A stretch of DNA of 64,000 bases from an uncultured Bacilli bacterium (GTDB lineage: Bacteria; Bacillota_I; Bacilli_A; RF39; UBA660). The notes below the pieces were generated by a model, which was not told the DNA's origin, searched no databases, and saw only the letters and a program-made list of their open reading frames with translations. Location of the stretch: NCBI GenBank assembly GCA_947626095.1, contig CANQQV010000003.1, forward strand, positions 32,001 through 96,000. The letters run 5' to 3'. This document shows positions 10,381-21,063 of the stretch, in pieces. Positions within the stretch are counted from its first letter, which is position 1. Each line of letters starts with the position of its first letter. The position numbers and the translations under genes are program-made.

Positions 10381-12480
10381 CTATTTAAAATTAACTTTTA
10401 AAATGTTTCCTTCAGTATCATAGGTATAATCCGTTACATTACCATTACCATTTAACTCGTATTTTACTTTAATTAACTTACATAAAGTTAAAACCTCGTT
10501 ATAACTCCATCCCTTAATATTAGGTATATCATAAGAAGCACTATTAGTAACTAAATATAGTTTTTGTCCCGCTAATAAAGTCTTACCAGATAATGGATAT
10601 TGATTAACTATATACTTACCACTACCCAATTTAACTACATCTAAATTAAGTTTCTTTAACTTTTCTTCGACAACTGCATAATCACTATTAATATAATTAT
10701 CTATTGTAATAATCTTTGATTCATCTACTTTTTCAATCGATTTAGAAATATTCTTATATTTAGCTATCTCTTCAACTATACTTGTTATCATCTTTGCATA
10801 ATCTTTGTAATTACCGACAAATCTTTTAGCAGAAACATAAATTATATACTGTGGATCTTCATAAGGGAATACCCCCGCAAAACTACGAATATAATCATAC
10901 GTCCCATCTAAATACTTACCATCAGGTCCAGCTATTTGCGCTGTTCCTGTTTTACCAGCTATTACTATATTATCATTTTTATAATTACGAGCATCAGTAC
11001 GTCCACTATAAACAACATCATACATTAAAGATAACATCTTATCGACATTCTCTTTTGAAGCTTTTTGTCCTAACTCCGTTAATTGATGCTGATATACAAC
11101 ATCACCAGTATCACTATTAACAATCTTTTCAACTATATAAGGTTGAATTTCCATTCCTTCATTAGCTAATATTGATAAAGCCTGTAGATTTTGAATTGGT
11201 GTCGTTGTAATACCTTGACCAAAAGAAGCAGTAGCTAATTCTACACGATAAGTAATATCAATATCGCCAGCTCCCTCATTAGGTAGAGAAATACCCGTCT
11301 TACGTCCAAACCCTAAATTAGAGTAATAATTATATAACTCTTCACGTCCTAAATCTAAAGCCAAAGTTGTGGCCGCAACATTTGATGAATAAGCAAAACC
11401 AACATCAAAAGTTATATCACCCCATCCACGGCCACCATTAAAATCTTGAATAATAGCATTATCGACTTGTTTTCTACCTGAATGATACTTAGCACTACCA
11501 TCATACTTTCCTGCCTCCATTGAAGCTAAAAAAGAGAATATCTTCATCGTACTACCAGGTTCATACTGATAAGAAGTTAATGGATTTAAATAATCTTTAA
11601 CATCTAACTTATTTAAATTAAAACTAGGATCAGAACTTGAAGCTAAAATTGCGCCTGTCTTAGCATCCATAACAGAGACAGTTAACCAATCCATTTTATT
11701 ATTCTTAACTAATTCCTTAACTCCATTTTCCACATATAACTGAATATTACTATCAATCGTTAAATAAATATCTTCTCCAGCTTGAGCTGGTTCCGTAATC
11801 GTTGTAACATTTGGTAACGTATAACCATATGCATCCTTTTGATAAATTGTATAACCATCTTTACCTTGTAATTCCTCATCATAATAAGCTTCTATACCCA
11901 TCTTACCTGTAATTGGTGCTGAGGCATCATCAGGATCTCTAGAAGCAAAACCAACAATATATGGCGCAAAAGTACTTAATGGGTAATATCTCTTAGACGT
12001 TTCAATAAAATCAATTCCTGGTAAATGTAAAGCTTCTATTTGTTTTTTTATTAAAGAAGAAATATCACGACCACCTGGGCCTAATTCTACTTGATATACA
12101 TCACGATTAAGTAAATTTAATACCGTATCAACATCCATATTAATAATTGGGGCTAAAGCTTCAGCTGTCTTTTCTTTATCAACAACATGCTGTGGATTTT
12201 CTGGATCTTTAGTCCTCGTTGGTGATAAATAAGCTATAACTGTATAAGCATTAACATTTTGTGCTAGTATTTCCCCATCAACGGAATAAATACTACCCCT
12301 CTTAGCCTGTAATACTTCAGTCTCAGTATTTCTATTTTCCACAAATGCTGTTAAATCTATTCCATCCGTTTCTTTCGCCATTGAAACAAACGATAACTTT
12401 ATTACAATCGCAAAAAAAGAAAAAACTAACACAATAAAGACAAATATATTAACATTTATTGTGCTGTTTTTTCTTTTCAT
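10381..12480 (-). CDS. pbpB: Division class B penicillin-binding protein (PBP2B/FtsI-type) with PASTA domains
   Basis: STMK, SSN, KTGTAQ motifs; C-terminal PASTA-like repeats; follows mraZ-rsmH-ftsL. Confidence 0.9.
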   Translation of the reverse strand: MKRKNSTINVNIFVFIVLVFSFFAIVIKLSFVSMAKETDGIDLTAFVENRNTETEVLQAKRGSIYSVDGEILAQNVNAYTVIAYLSPTRTKDPENPQHVVDKEKTAEALAPIINMDVDTVLNLLNRDVYQVELGPGGRDISSLIKKQIEALHLPGIDFIETSKRYYPLSTFAPYIVGFASRDPDDASAPITGKMGIEAYYDEELQGKDGYTIYQKDAYGYTLPNVTTITEPAQAGEDIYLTIDSNIQLYVENGVKELVKNNKMDWLTVSVMDAKTGAILASSSDPSFNLNKLDVKDYLNPLTSYQYEPGSTMKIFSFLASMEAGKYDGSAKYHSGRKQVDNAIIQDFNGGRGWGDITFDVGFAYSSNVAATTLALDLGREELYNYYSNLGFGRKTGISLPNEGAGDIDITYRVELATASFGQGITTTPIQNLQALSILANEGMEIQPYIVEKIVNSDTGDVVYQHQLTELGQKASKENVDKMLSLMYDVVYSGRTDARNYKNDNIVIAGKTGTAQIAGPDGKYLDGTYDYIRSFAGVFPYEDPQYIIYVSAKRFVGNYKDYAKMITSIVEEIAKYKNISKSIEKVDESKIITIDNYINSDYAVVEEKLKKLNLDVVKLGSGKYIVNQYPLSGKTLLAGQKLYLVTNSASYDIPNIKGWSYNEVLTLCKLIKVKYELNGNGNVTDYTYDTEGNILKVNFK

Positions 12481-12502
12481 AGTTCATTAACTCCTTGTAT
12501 TA

Positions 12503-12811
12503 CTATTCACTAGTAACAACTTTAATATTACTATTTTCGTAAGACAAACCGTTTTCGTTAGCTATAGCTTGAATCTTATCAAGAGAAGCTAATTCACTAA
12601 TTTCCATTTTTAAACCATCATTTATACTCTCTTGATCTTTTATCTTACTCTTAGTTTGCTCTAAAGCAATATTGCTAGATGATAGTATAGCTTTAGTATA
12701 AACGTTACAAATAGGAATTGCAAGTAGTATAAAAATTATTGTCAAGTAAATTATTTTTTCACTTTGAAATATTTTTCTCGCTTTCTTATTTTGTTTTTTA
12801 GCTTTTACCAT
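12503..12811 (-). CDS. ftsL: Cell division protein FtsL
   Basis: TM plus coiled coil (NDGLKMEISELASLDKIQAIA...GL); canonical dcw position. Confidence 0.88.
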   Translation of the reverse strand: MVKAKKQNKKARKIFQSEKIIYLTIIFILLAIPICNVYTKAILSSSNIALEQTKSKIKDQESINDGLKMEISELASLDKIQAIANENGLSYENSNIKVVTSE

Positions 12812-12815
12812 ACTA

Positions 12816-13739
12816 TCAAACCCTTTCAATTATTCTTAATTTAGCGCTTTTACTACGCGAATTTTCTTTTATTTCTTCTTCACTAGGTAATATCGGCTTT
12901 TTATTTATTAATTTAATCCTTGGTTTATATTCCAAAGGAATTTCAGGTAAGCCTTTAACTAGCTCGTTAATTTCACTTTCATTTTTAAATATCTGTTTAA
13001 CAATTCGATCCTCTAATGAATGGAATGTTATAACGGATATTCTTCCTTCTTTATTTAATAAATCAATTGCTTGTGGTAAAGCATCACTTAATACTGTAAG
13101 TTCTCCATTTACTTCAATTCTAATTGCTTGAAATATTTGTCTTTCTGGATGGAACTTATTAAAGTATTTGGCTCCCACCGCTTCTTCAATAATATGAACC
13201 AATTCTTTAGTTGTTGTAATTTCTTTTGTCAGTCTTTCACTAACTATTTTCTTAGCAATAAACTTTGACATCTTTTCTTCCCCATATAAGAAGAATATAT
13301 TACTAAGTTTTTCAATACTATACGTATTAACTATCTCTTTAGCTGTTAAACTACTAGATAAGTCCATACGCATATCTAAAGGAGCATCTTCCATAAAAGT
13401 AAATCCTCGATTCTTATCATCAATCTGTGGACTAGATAATCCCAAATCAAAGATAATACCATCAACTTGCTTTATTCCTAACTCCTCTAATCTATCTTTT
13501 AAATGAACAAAATTAGAATGAATAATTGTAAAATTCTTACTTATCTTAGATAATCTTTCTTCTGAAGATTTAATTGCTTCAATATCTTGATCAAAAGCAT
13601 ATAAGTGACCAGTAGTTAATCTTTTTAATATTTCACTACTATGTCCCCCATAACCTAAAGTAGCATCAACATAAATACCATCAGGTTTAATATTTAAACC
13701 TTCAATTGCTTCTTTAAGCAAAACACTATAATGTTTCAT
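12816..13739 (-). CDS. rsmH: 16S rRNA m4C1402 methyltransferase RsmH
   Basis: [55 protein letters not shown]. Confidence 0.97.
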   Translation of the reverse strand: MKHYSVLLKEAIEGLNIKPDGIYVDATLGYGGHSSEILKRLTTGHLYAFDQDIEAIKSSEERLSKISKNFTIIHSNFVHLKDRLEELGIKQVDGIIFDLGLSSPQIDDKNRGFTFMEDAPLDMRMDLSSSLTAKEIVNTYSIEKLSNIFFLYGEEKMSKFIAKKIVSERLTKEITTTKELVHIIEEAVGAKYFNKFHPERQIFQAIRIEVNGELTVLSDALPQAIDLLNKEGRISVITFHSLEDRIVKQIFKNESEINELVKGLPEIPLEYKPRIKLINKKPILPSEEEIKENSRSKSAKLRIIERV

Positions 13740-14172
13740 CTAGTGCACTTCCTATAAATAAGTTTTCCGCAATATCTTCAATTGTACTTTGATTTTCTAA
13801 GAAGAAATTATTCCATCCCTCTTCTGACCATATCTCAATACGGTCGTTCGCGCCGATAATTACACATTCTTTTGTAATATCGGCGTAACTAACCAATGGG
13901 GAGGTAATGTTAATTCGACCTTGACGGTCAAATTCACATTCAGTGGCACCAGAAAAGAAGAATCTGTCGAATGTACGGACGTCTTTTTTGGTAAAAGGTA
14001 GAGTTTTTAATTTGGCAACTGTTTTATTCCATTCGGTTTCAGAATATACATATAAGCATTTCTCCAAACCTCGAGTAATAATAAACTTATCACCGAGTTC
14101 AGTACGAAATTTGGCAGGAATTATAAGTCGTCCTTTATCATCAATGTTATGATGATACTCGCCCATAAACAT
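13726..14172 (-). CDS. mraZ: Transcriptional repressor MraZ
   Basis: [23 protein letters not shown] and second DRQGRI repeat; true start at ATG 14172. Confidence 0.97.
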   Translation of the reverse strand: MFMGEYHHNIDDKGRLIIPAKFRTELGDKFIITRGLEKCLYVYSETEWNKTVAKLKTLPFTKKDVRTFDRFFFSGATECEFDRQGRINITSPLVSYADITKECVIIGANDRIEIWSEEGWNNFFLENQSTIEDIAENLFIGSALDETL

Positions 14173-14183
14173 TTTAAAATCCC

Positions 14184-14207
14184 CCACTTTCCTCCACAAT
14201 GTACCAC
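14184..14207 (-). promoter_or_regulatory. MraZ-binding repeats: three GTGG at 10-bp spacing (a fourth GTGG at 14237-14240)
   Basis: Minus strand GTGG-tacatt-GTGG-aggaaa-GTGG directly upstream of mraZ; matches known MraZ operator architecture. Confidence 0.85.
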
Positions 14208-14306
14208 TGTCTACAATAATAATACTTTAAAATACCCCACTTGTAAACCTTTTTAAAAAAATCTCTAGAATATCAAATGTCAATTTACGTAAAGTAAAAG
14301 GCCAAT

Positions 14307-14329
14307 AAAAAAAGCAGATTACTCTGCTT
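14307..14329 (-). terminator. Terminator after ddl
   Basis: AAGCAGA-GTAA-TCTGCTT hairpin followed by a T-run on minus. Confidence 0.75.
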
Positions 14330-14330
14330 C

Positions 14331-15536
14331 CTACATCATTTTGCCTTTGGCACCTTTAGCTCCCTTAGTTCCATCAAAAGTACTTAAAACATTTGATTCA
14401 AAACTAGTTACTTTCTTCTTCGCTTGCTTATATTCTTTAACTGCACCCTTAATCATTTCATCTAATAACATTGGATACTTCTTACCTTTTGGTGTGAAGA
14501 AGAAGAAAGCCAAAGAACCAGGAATAGTATTAGGTTCATTAACATAAACCTTTTTAGCTTTATCATCAATTAAGAAATCAAAACGTGTAACTCCACTTAA
14601 ATTTAATGATCTAAATGCTTCTTTAGCATATTGGTATACGTGTTCTTCAACATCTTTATCTAATTGCGCTGGTATTTTAAAGCCACTACTACTTATCTTA
14701 CCACCATCATTGTTTTTAGCTCCTGTCTTCTTACTTCCACTTTTACCTAAATATTTATCAGCAAAAGTTAAGAAGTCATTTTCCGTCATCATTTCCCCAA
14801 TTAATGAACATTCCATATTTTCATAATTACCAACTACTGCACAATCAACTTCCTTTAAATTAGGAACCATCTTTTCCACGATAATCTTTTGATCATACTT
14901 AATTGCTTCATTAATTGCTTTAATAACTTCACTTTCTTTTTTGGCTACTTCAATACCAACACTACTACCTAAACGGGCTGGTTTAACAATTACTGGATAA
15001 CCAAGTTCTTTTATTTCTTTTAAGTATTTATCTTCATCATCTTGATACTCACTATCATAAAACCAAATATAGTCAACTACAGGAATCCCCGCTGCCGCCA
15101 TAACTTGTTTTTGCACTACTTTATCTTGTCCAATTGAAGAACCTAACATACTAGATCCAATATATGGAATACCTAATGTTTCTAAATATCCAGCTAAAGA
15201 GCCATCTTCAACCCCTTTACCATGAACAATTGGAAAAGCTACATCAATAGTTTCTACCATTCCTTTAAATAATCCTCTTTTTTTCTGTAAGACAAAAGAA
15301 TTATCTCTCTTCGTTAAAGTAACTTCTTTAGTTACATATTTAATTGAATCTAAATCTTTATAAGTATTCATACTTCTTAAAGCTTCACCAGTATACCAAT
15401 TATGATCTTTACTAATATATATTGGTACTATCTGATATTTTGTTGTATCCATATAATTCATGGCTTGAACAGCTGTTATAATACTTACTTCATGTTCAAC
15501 TGTTTCACCACCAAAGATAACACCTATTTTTAACAT
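14331..15536 (-). CDS. ddl: D-alanine--D-alanine ligase
   Basis: FGGETVEHEVS, HGKGVEDG, KPARLGSSVGI, DKY omega loop, NEPNTIPG. Confidence 0.92.
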   Translation of the reverse strand: MLKIGVIFGGETVEHEVSIITAVQAMNYMDTTKYQIVPIYISKDHNWYTGEALRSMNTYKDLDSIKYVTKEVTLTKRDNSFVLQKKRGLFKGMVETIDVAFPIVHGKGVEDGSLAGYLETLGIPYIGSSMLGSSIGQDKVVQKQVMAAAGIPVVDYIWFYDSEYQDDEDKYLKEIKELGYPVIVKPARLGSSVGIEVAKKESEVIKAINEAIKYDQKIIVEKMVPNLKEVDCAVVGNYENMECSLIGEMMTENDFLTFADKYLGKSGSKKTGAKNNDGGKISSSGFKIPAQLDKDVEEHVYQYAKEAFRSLNLSGVTRFDFLIDDKAKKVYVNEPNTIPGSLAFFFFTPKGKKYPMLLDEMIKGAVKEYKQAKKKVTSFESNVLSTFDGTKGAKGAKGKMM

Positions 15537-15548
15537 TTATCTCACTCC

Positions 15549-17150
15549 TTATTTTTCATTAAATGAATCTGGTAAATCATTTTCTAATAACGCATATGTT
15601 TCTTCACCTTTTAACTTCAACATTAATGGAAAAGCATCCATTACATCGTTTAAAACATGAATATGTTCATTAGGAAACTTCCCTTTCATTAATCCCTCAT
15701 AAATAGCTTTTGTTTTCTCTTTACCTATTAATATTACTTCGTCAACTTTACTAATACTTATTTCCATTCCAAATTCGCGATTAACTTCATCTTCTTTCGC
15801 CCCAACCTCAATCATTCCTGGAGTAACCACAATATGTTTACCAGGCATCATACTTAAGACTTCCAAAGCCATCTTACATCCCATTGGATTAGAATTATAA
15901 GCATCATCAATTAAATTTATATCATAATATTTACTCATTGATAAACGATGTTCTATTGGCATTACTAACTTCACTGCTTTTTGTAATTCTGTTACTTTCA
16001 TTCCTAAAGCCCTACCTAAAGTAATACCCGCTAAAATATTATAGATATTATTACGTCCTAATAACTTAGTTTCAAAAGCATATTCATTTTTATCATCTTT
16101 AAACTTAACTTTAAATTTTGTTCCCTTATAAGTTAATTCTAAGTCTTTCGCATAACAATCAACACGATGATTATCAATGCCTATCCAAAGTATATCACAA
16201 TCATTTTTAATATGATAGCTAAGTTGTTTCTCATCATCACCATTTAATATTCCAATTCCCTCACTAGGTAATGATTCAATTAATTCAAACTTAGTATTCA
16301 TAATCGCTTCTTCACTACCAAAAGTTTCTAAATGCGCCAAACCAATTCTCGTTAATATTCCATATTTAGGTTTAACTAAGTCACATAATTCTTTTATATC
16401 ACCCGTCTTACAAGCTCCCATCTCTGCTATAAAATAATCATTATATTTATCTAAATAATTATTAATCGTAACCATTAAACCATAAGGCGTATTATAATTC
16501 TGTGGTGTCTTATAAACGTTATATTTATGACTTAATATATCATATACAATATTCTTTGTACTTGTTTTACCATAACTACCCGTAATACCAATAACTTCCA
16601 TATTACTCATACTAGCTAACTTCTCTTTAGCTTGTTTTTCAAAATGTAACCCAACCATTCTTTCTACTGGTCGATTAATAAAATTATCTAACAATAAAAC
16701 AAAGTAATTAATAAATGATAAAATACCTAATACTAAATAATATATACTTTGATATTCTTCACTATAAGTTAAACAAATAACTATAATAGGAATCAAATAA
16801 ATAATTGCATTAGTTACCATTAATCTTTCAATACGTGCCGTATATTTAAGTGGTAATTTTGCTTTTTCTTTTCTTCTTTCATTAACAAAGACATAAGTTA
16901 AAAATAAAGTAATTATAATAAATAGATATGATGAGATATTGTTTAAAGTTTCACTAAAGATTCCAAAAACAAAAATAAAGAATAATAAGTTCAAATTAAG
17001 AAAATTATCTTTATAGTTTTTTATAATCCATTTAATATATCGATACCCTCTATTATATCTATTTTGTTGTAACATATGCAGACTTCTTGTACTAATAATA
17101 TTTATATGAATAAAATATATTATTAGCGAAATAATAAATAATAAACTCAT
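15549..17150 (-). CDS. murF: UDP-MurNAc-tripeptide--D-Ala-D-Ala ligase MurF with multi-TM N-terminal domain
   Basis: GITGSYGKTSTK, NYNTPYG, EMGA, DDAYNSNP, LLENDLPD; about 160-aa hydrophobic N-terminus. Confidence 0.88.
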   Translation of the reverse strand: MSLLFIISLIIYFIHINIISTRSLHMLQQNRYNRGYRYIKWIIKNYKDNFLNLNLLFFIFVFGIFSETLNNISSYLFIIITLFLTYVFVNERRKEKAKLPLKYTARIERLMVTNAIIYLIPIIVICLTYSEEYQSIYYLVLGILSFINYFVLLLDNFINRPVERMVGLHFEKQAKEKLASMSNMEVIGITGSYGKTSTKNIVYDILSHKYNVYKTPQNYNTPYGLMVTINNYLDKYNDYFIAEMGACKTGDIKELCDLVKPKYGILTRIGLAHLETFGSEEAIMNTKFELIESLPSEGIGILNGDDEKQLSYHIKNDCDILWIGIDNHRVDCYAKDLELTYKGTKFKVKFKDDKNEYAFETKLLGRNNIYNILAGITLGRALGMKVTELQKAVKLVMPIEHRLSMSKYYDINLIDDAYNSNPMGCKMALEVLSMMPGKHIVVTPGMIEVGAKEDEVNREFGMEISISKVDEVILIGKEKTKAIYEGLMKGKFPNEHIHVLNDVMDAFPLMLKLKGEETYALLENDLPDSFNEK

Positions 17151-17162
17151 CTTTTCACTTCC

Positions 17163-17891
17163 CTATTTAATAAAAGATTTAATAATTGAATTAGTTTGAC
17201 TAAGACGTTCTAAATAAGCATAATGCGTACATCCACTATAAACTGTTAAACCACTATCCGGTATTAATCTTTCTAATTCATACGCATCATCAACTGGTAC
17301 AGCATCATCATTATCGCCCCAAATAATAAAGGTTGGACATTTTATCTTTTTCGCTTCTTCCGTTAAATCTGTATTAACATGTTTAACTAATATATCACGC
17401 ATAATTGGTGAAGCATTTTTATAATCAGTTGAGCCAATATGACTTTTCATTTTATCAGCTATATTACTCATACCTGGTAATTTTTTTATTTGTTTTAACA
17501 TTCTCATTTTAAGTGATGGTTTTTTTATTTTTACTTTAAAAGGACTAGATAATAATATTAAACGTTTAACTGGATACTTAGATGCATATAATAAACTTAT
17601 TTTGCCACCAAATGAATGTCCTATTAAATTTGGTGTATCAACTTTTAAATGTTTAAGTAAAGCCTTAAGCATTTCTACATATTCATCTAAAGTCCAAGCC
17701 TCAGTTGGTTCTGAAGATTCTCCAAAACCTGGTAAATCCAAAATAATTAAACGATGAGTATCAACAAATGGTTTCGCTATCGGTTCCATCATCGCAATAT
17801 TCTGTCCCCAACCATGTAAATAAACAATCGGACTTTTATCTTTATCACCAAAGTCTTTATAGTTAACCCTAACATCTTTATATTTAAACAT
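17163..17891 (-). CDS. Alpha/beta hydrolase
   Basis: LHGWG, DLPGFGES, GHSFGG nucleophile elbow, D..VP, H-YAY. Confidence 0.9.
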   Translation of the reverse strand: MFKYKDVRVNYKDFGDKDKSPIVYLHGWGQNIAMMEPIAKPFVDTHRLIILDLPGFGESSEPTEAWTLDEYVEMLKALLKHLKVDTPNLIGHSFGGKISLLYASKYPVKRLILLSSPFKVKIKKPSLKMRMLKQIKKLPGMSNIADKMKSHIGSTDYKNASPIMRDILVKHVNTDLTEEAKKIKCPTFIIWGDNDDAVPVDDAYELERLIPDSGLTVYSGCTHYAYLERLSQTNSIIKSFIK

Positions 17892-18021
17892 CTAAATCAC
17901 CTTGTTAATTTCTATGAAGAAGAAAACTCCTTTATACATAATATTTTATCATATATAAAAAAAGTTGGTATTAATTTGCACAATTTTGACAATATTTTAT
18001 GACAAGAAAAAAAGCTTATCA

Positions 18022-18588
18022 CTAAGCTCTACTTGAATACTTACCATCAAGAGTCGAAACGATAATCTTTTCCCCTTCTGTAATAAATAATGGAACCTTA
18101 ACAACATAACCGTTTTCCAAAACAGCATCCTTTTGTGCATTATTAGTTGTATTACCTTTAACTGCTTCAGTTGTTTCCGCAACAACATATTCAACTTTTT
18201 CAGGTAACGTTACCCCAATAATTTCACCTTGATAAAAATCGATTTGAACTTCCATATTTTCTTTTAAGAATTTCTTTTCTTCTACTAATTTATCTTCTGT
18301 AATTTCAATTTGTTCATATGTTTCATTATCCATGAATACATATCCTGTACCACTATTATATAAATAAGCCATTTTCTTTTTGTCAACATGAGCTTTTTCA
18401 ACTTTAACACTACTATTAATAGTTTCTTCTATAATGGCACCTGTTCTTAAATTACGCATTTTAACTTTCATGAAAGCAGCACCTTTACCAGGTTTAACAT
18501 GTTGGAAACTTTGTACTAAATATAGTTTACCATCATAAATGATAGTCATTCCATTTTTAATATCATTAATATTAATTAAGCCGTTCAT
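18022..18588 (-). CDS. efp: Elongation factor P
   Basis: HVKPGKGAAF, FMDNETYEQ, KGNT, VPLFI..GEKI. Confidence 0.97.
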   Translation of the reverse strand: MNGLININDIKNGMTIIYDGKLYLVQSFQHVKPGKGAAFMKVKMRNLRTGAIIEETINSSVKVEKAHVDKKKMAYLYNSGTGYVFMDNETYEQIEITEDKLVEEKKFLKENMEVQIDFYQGEIIGVTLPEKVEYVVAETTEAVKGNTTNNAQKDAVLENGYVVKVPLFITEGEKIIVSTLDGKYSSRA

Positions 18589-18604
18589 TTTTTCACCCTC
18601 TTAA

Positions 18605-18769
18605 CTATTTCTTTTCTTTATGAACAGTTGATTTATTACACCATTTACAAAATTTTTTGATTTCTAATTTATCTGTTGTATTCTTTTTGTTTTTTTGTGT
18701 AACATAGTTTTCATGTTTACATTCAGTACAAACTAGAGTAATATTAGGTCTATTTTCATTTTTTGCCAT
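18605..18769 (-). CDS. rpmG: 50S ribosomal protein L33, zinc-ribbon form (missing from ORF track)
   Basis: Manual translation [54 protein letters not shown] (54 aa); AAGGAGG RBS. Confidence 0.95.
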   Translation of the reverse strand: MAKNENRPNITLVCTECKHENYVTQKNKKNTTDKLEIKKFCKWCNKSTVHKEKK

Positions 18770-18816
18770 AGTACTGCCCTCCTTTTTTAATCCGTTCCTA
18801 TTGTATCATATATTTT

Positions 18817-20706
18817 TTATTTTTCAAATACTAATTTACTTACTTCTTGCGAAATATAGCGATTTATTGGGGCAATATACCCATCTTGACGATTATTATA
18901 AGCAATATTCGGACTCATAACGACTATTGAATACTCTGGATCATCATATGGTGCAAACATTGCATAAGTATGATTAATTGTTGTTACATCCTTACTATAT
19001 ACTACTTCTGAAGTCCCTGTCTTACCTGCTGGTTTATACTTTAAATCTGTATATCCTCTACCTGTACCATTATATAATACTTGTCTAAATCCTTCTTTAA
19101 TACGAGAAAAATTAGATTCTACTACATTTAATAAATTAGGTTCATAGCTATATACTACCTTATTTTTATTTCTAACTTCTTTTAAATAATGTAGTGCATA
19201 CCTCTTACCTGAAGTAGCTATAGTATTAATATAATTAGATAAACCAAGTGGTGTATAAGTATCATACTGTCCAATACTTAAATTAAGTAATAAGTCCGGC
19301 GCTACTTTCTTTCCTTTAATGCCCGTTGTTTCATTTTCTAAGTCAATACCTGTACTAGCTCCTAAACCAAAAGAACCAAAGACTTCACGATATATCTTAA
19401 AATGTTCATCATTAACATCTAACTTCATATTATATTTATACTTTTGCCCCGTTAATTTAATAGCTGTCATAAACTGATAATAATTACTCGATGTTTTTAA
19501 CGCTGTTATATCATCAATTAAACCTAATCTTTTAAAAGAACACTTCGTTGGTACTTGATAAAGTTTAACACACGAATCATTAATCTTCTTACCTATCTCA
19601 ATTAAATCATTTTGATACCCAACCGTATGTGAAGCTCCTTTAACTACTGATCCCACTGTATAAGACGAAGTTAAAATATTAGTTGTAACATCATGATAAC
19701 TATCTTTTACTTTACTAAGTCCCGTACTAGCAATAATCTCTCCTGTATTTGGATCACTAACAATTACATATGAAGTATTATAATATTTTGTATACTTATA
19801 ATTCTTACTTTTATCTAAATACTTCTTTAATATCTCATTTATCTTTAGTTGTAAATCTATATCTATAGTTAAATATATGTCACTACCTTGTTTAGCTGAA
19901 CTAATTAAAGTTAAAGTATTATCATCATTTACTAAATACTTAGCTTTTTCTCCCTTTAAATATTCATCATATTCTTTCTCTAAATAACTTAAACCAACCA
20001 TATCATTAAGCGAATAACCTAATCCTAAATAATAATCTTTATTTTCTTTAGTAATCTTTCCTACTTTACCATATATATCATTCAAAGTATCATAAAGATA
20101 TATTCTTTCTGTTGTATATTCACAATTAAGCCCATTAATATTCTTTTCATTTACTAAAGCACATACTTTATCAGAAACATTACTCTCAATAATCTTACTA
20201 TCATAATAATACCCATTATTAAGTAAATAATATAAATATATTATCTGTTTTTCCTCTTTACTATAACCTAAGTATTTATCTAATCTCTCTTTTTTTATTT
20301 CTTCAACTTCTGTTGTACTTAATTTCCTTCTTGCATATAATTCTTTTTCTTCCTTCGTTAACAAATTATCAGTTTCATTATATTTTAAATAAAAATTCTT
20401 TTGACTATCAACATCTGCTTCACGAACATCATCTAAAATCGTCAATAAAGTACGAGCTACACTTAAAGTATCAATATTATCTAAATTATGATATACAATC
20501 GTATTAATTCCTTTATTATCAACAAGTACCTTCCCATTACGATCTAATATCCTTCCTCTTGGTGCATTAAGTCCATAAACTATTTTATTAGTTGCATTCA
20601 AATACTTTTCATAGTAATAATCATATTTACCATAAGCAATATATGTATACCTAGCCACTATAACTGCTATTAAAGTAAAAATTAAAATATAATAGATTTT
20701 TTTCAT
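18817..20706 (-). CDS. Class B penicillin-binding protein (PBP2a/PbpA-like)
   Basis: APRGRILDRNG, SVVK, SSN, KTGT motifs; no PASTA domain. Confidence 0.88.
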   Translation of the reverse strand: MKKIYYILIFTLIAVIVARYTYIAYGKYDYYYEKYLNATNKIVYGLNAPRGRILDRNGKVLVDNKGINTIVYHNLDNIDTLSVARTLLTILDDVREADVDSQKNFYLKYNETDNLLTKEEKELYARRKLSTTEVEEIKKERLDKYLGYSKEEKQIIYLYYLLNNGYYYDSKIIESNVSDKVCALVNEKNINGLNCEYTTERIYLYDTLNDIYGKVGKITKENKDYYLGLGYSLNDMVGLSYLEKEYDEYLKGEKAKYLVNDDNTLTLISSAKQGSDIYLTIDIDLQLKINEILKKYLDKSKNYKYTKYYNTSYVIVSDPNTGEIIASTGLSKVKDSYHDVTTNILTSSYTVGSVVKGASHTVGYQNDLIEIGKKINDSCVKLYQVPTKCSFKRLGLIDDITALKTSSNYYQFMTAIKLTGQKYKYNMKLDVNDEHFKIYREVFGSFGLGASTGIDLENETTGIKGKKVAPDLLLNLSIGQYDTYTPLGLSNYINTIATSGKRYALHYLKEVRNKNKVVYSYEPNLLNVVESNFSRIKEGFRQVLYNGTGRGYTDLKYKPAGKTGTSEVVYSKDVTTINHTYAMFAPYDDPEYSIVVMSPNIAYNNRQDGYIAPINRYISQEVSKLVFEK

Positions 20707-20722
20707 AAACTCACCATTATTA

Positions 20723-20752
20723 GTATTAAAAAAAGCTCATTTATCATACAAT
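20723..20752 (+). promoter_or_regulatory. Candidate sigma-E-type promoter of the yqfT-like gene
   Basis: GTATT-N17-CATACAAT just upstream of the AGGTGA RBS; CATACAAT fits the mother-cell -10 consensus CATAnnnT. Confidence 0.5.
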
Positions 20753-20768
20753 ATTTATAGGTGATTAG

Positions 20769-21029
20769 ATGTTTGTATTAATTGAAAGATATATAAATAA
20801 TTTAACTATCCATGATTTAAATAACTTAGCTATTACCAAAGATATTTATTTAAGTCCTGAAGAACTAGAATTCTCTTATGAATTCATTAAGAAAAATTGG
20901 CAAAGTATTTTATCTAATCATGGTATCTTCGATATCAATAAATATAAAAGTCATTATAGTGAAGAAAATTTTACTAAGATTAAAAAACTTATTAAAGAAT
21001 ACTCCATCAAATATCGAAACTATTTATAA
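20769..21029 (+). CDS. Small protein resembling sporulation protein YqfT (DUF2624-like)
   Basis: IERYINNLTIHDLNNLA...I.LS.EE pattern, 86 aa, sigma-E-like promoter; similarity judged by eye. Confidence 0.5.
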   Translation: MFVLIERYINNLTIHDLNNLAITKDIYLSPEELEFSYEFIKKNWQSILSNHGIFDINKYKSHYSEENFTKIKKLIKEYSIKYRNYL

Positions 21030-21032
21030 CGA

Positions 21033-21063
21033 AAAATTAGAGTGCCAAACTCTAATTTTTTTT
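21033..21063. terminator. Bidirectional terminator
   Basis: AAAAATTAGAGT...ACTCTAATTTTT inverted repeat between convergent genes. Confidence 0.8.

Noticed and set aside
14331-15536. Possible D-Ala-D-Lac (vancomycin-resistance-type) ligase
   Set aside because: The omega loop reads DKY (Tyr), typical of D-Ala-D-Ala ligases, and no van genes are nearby.
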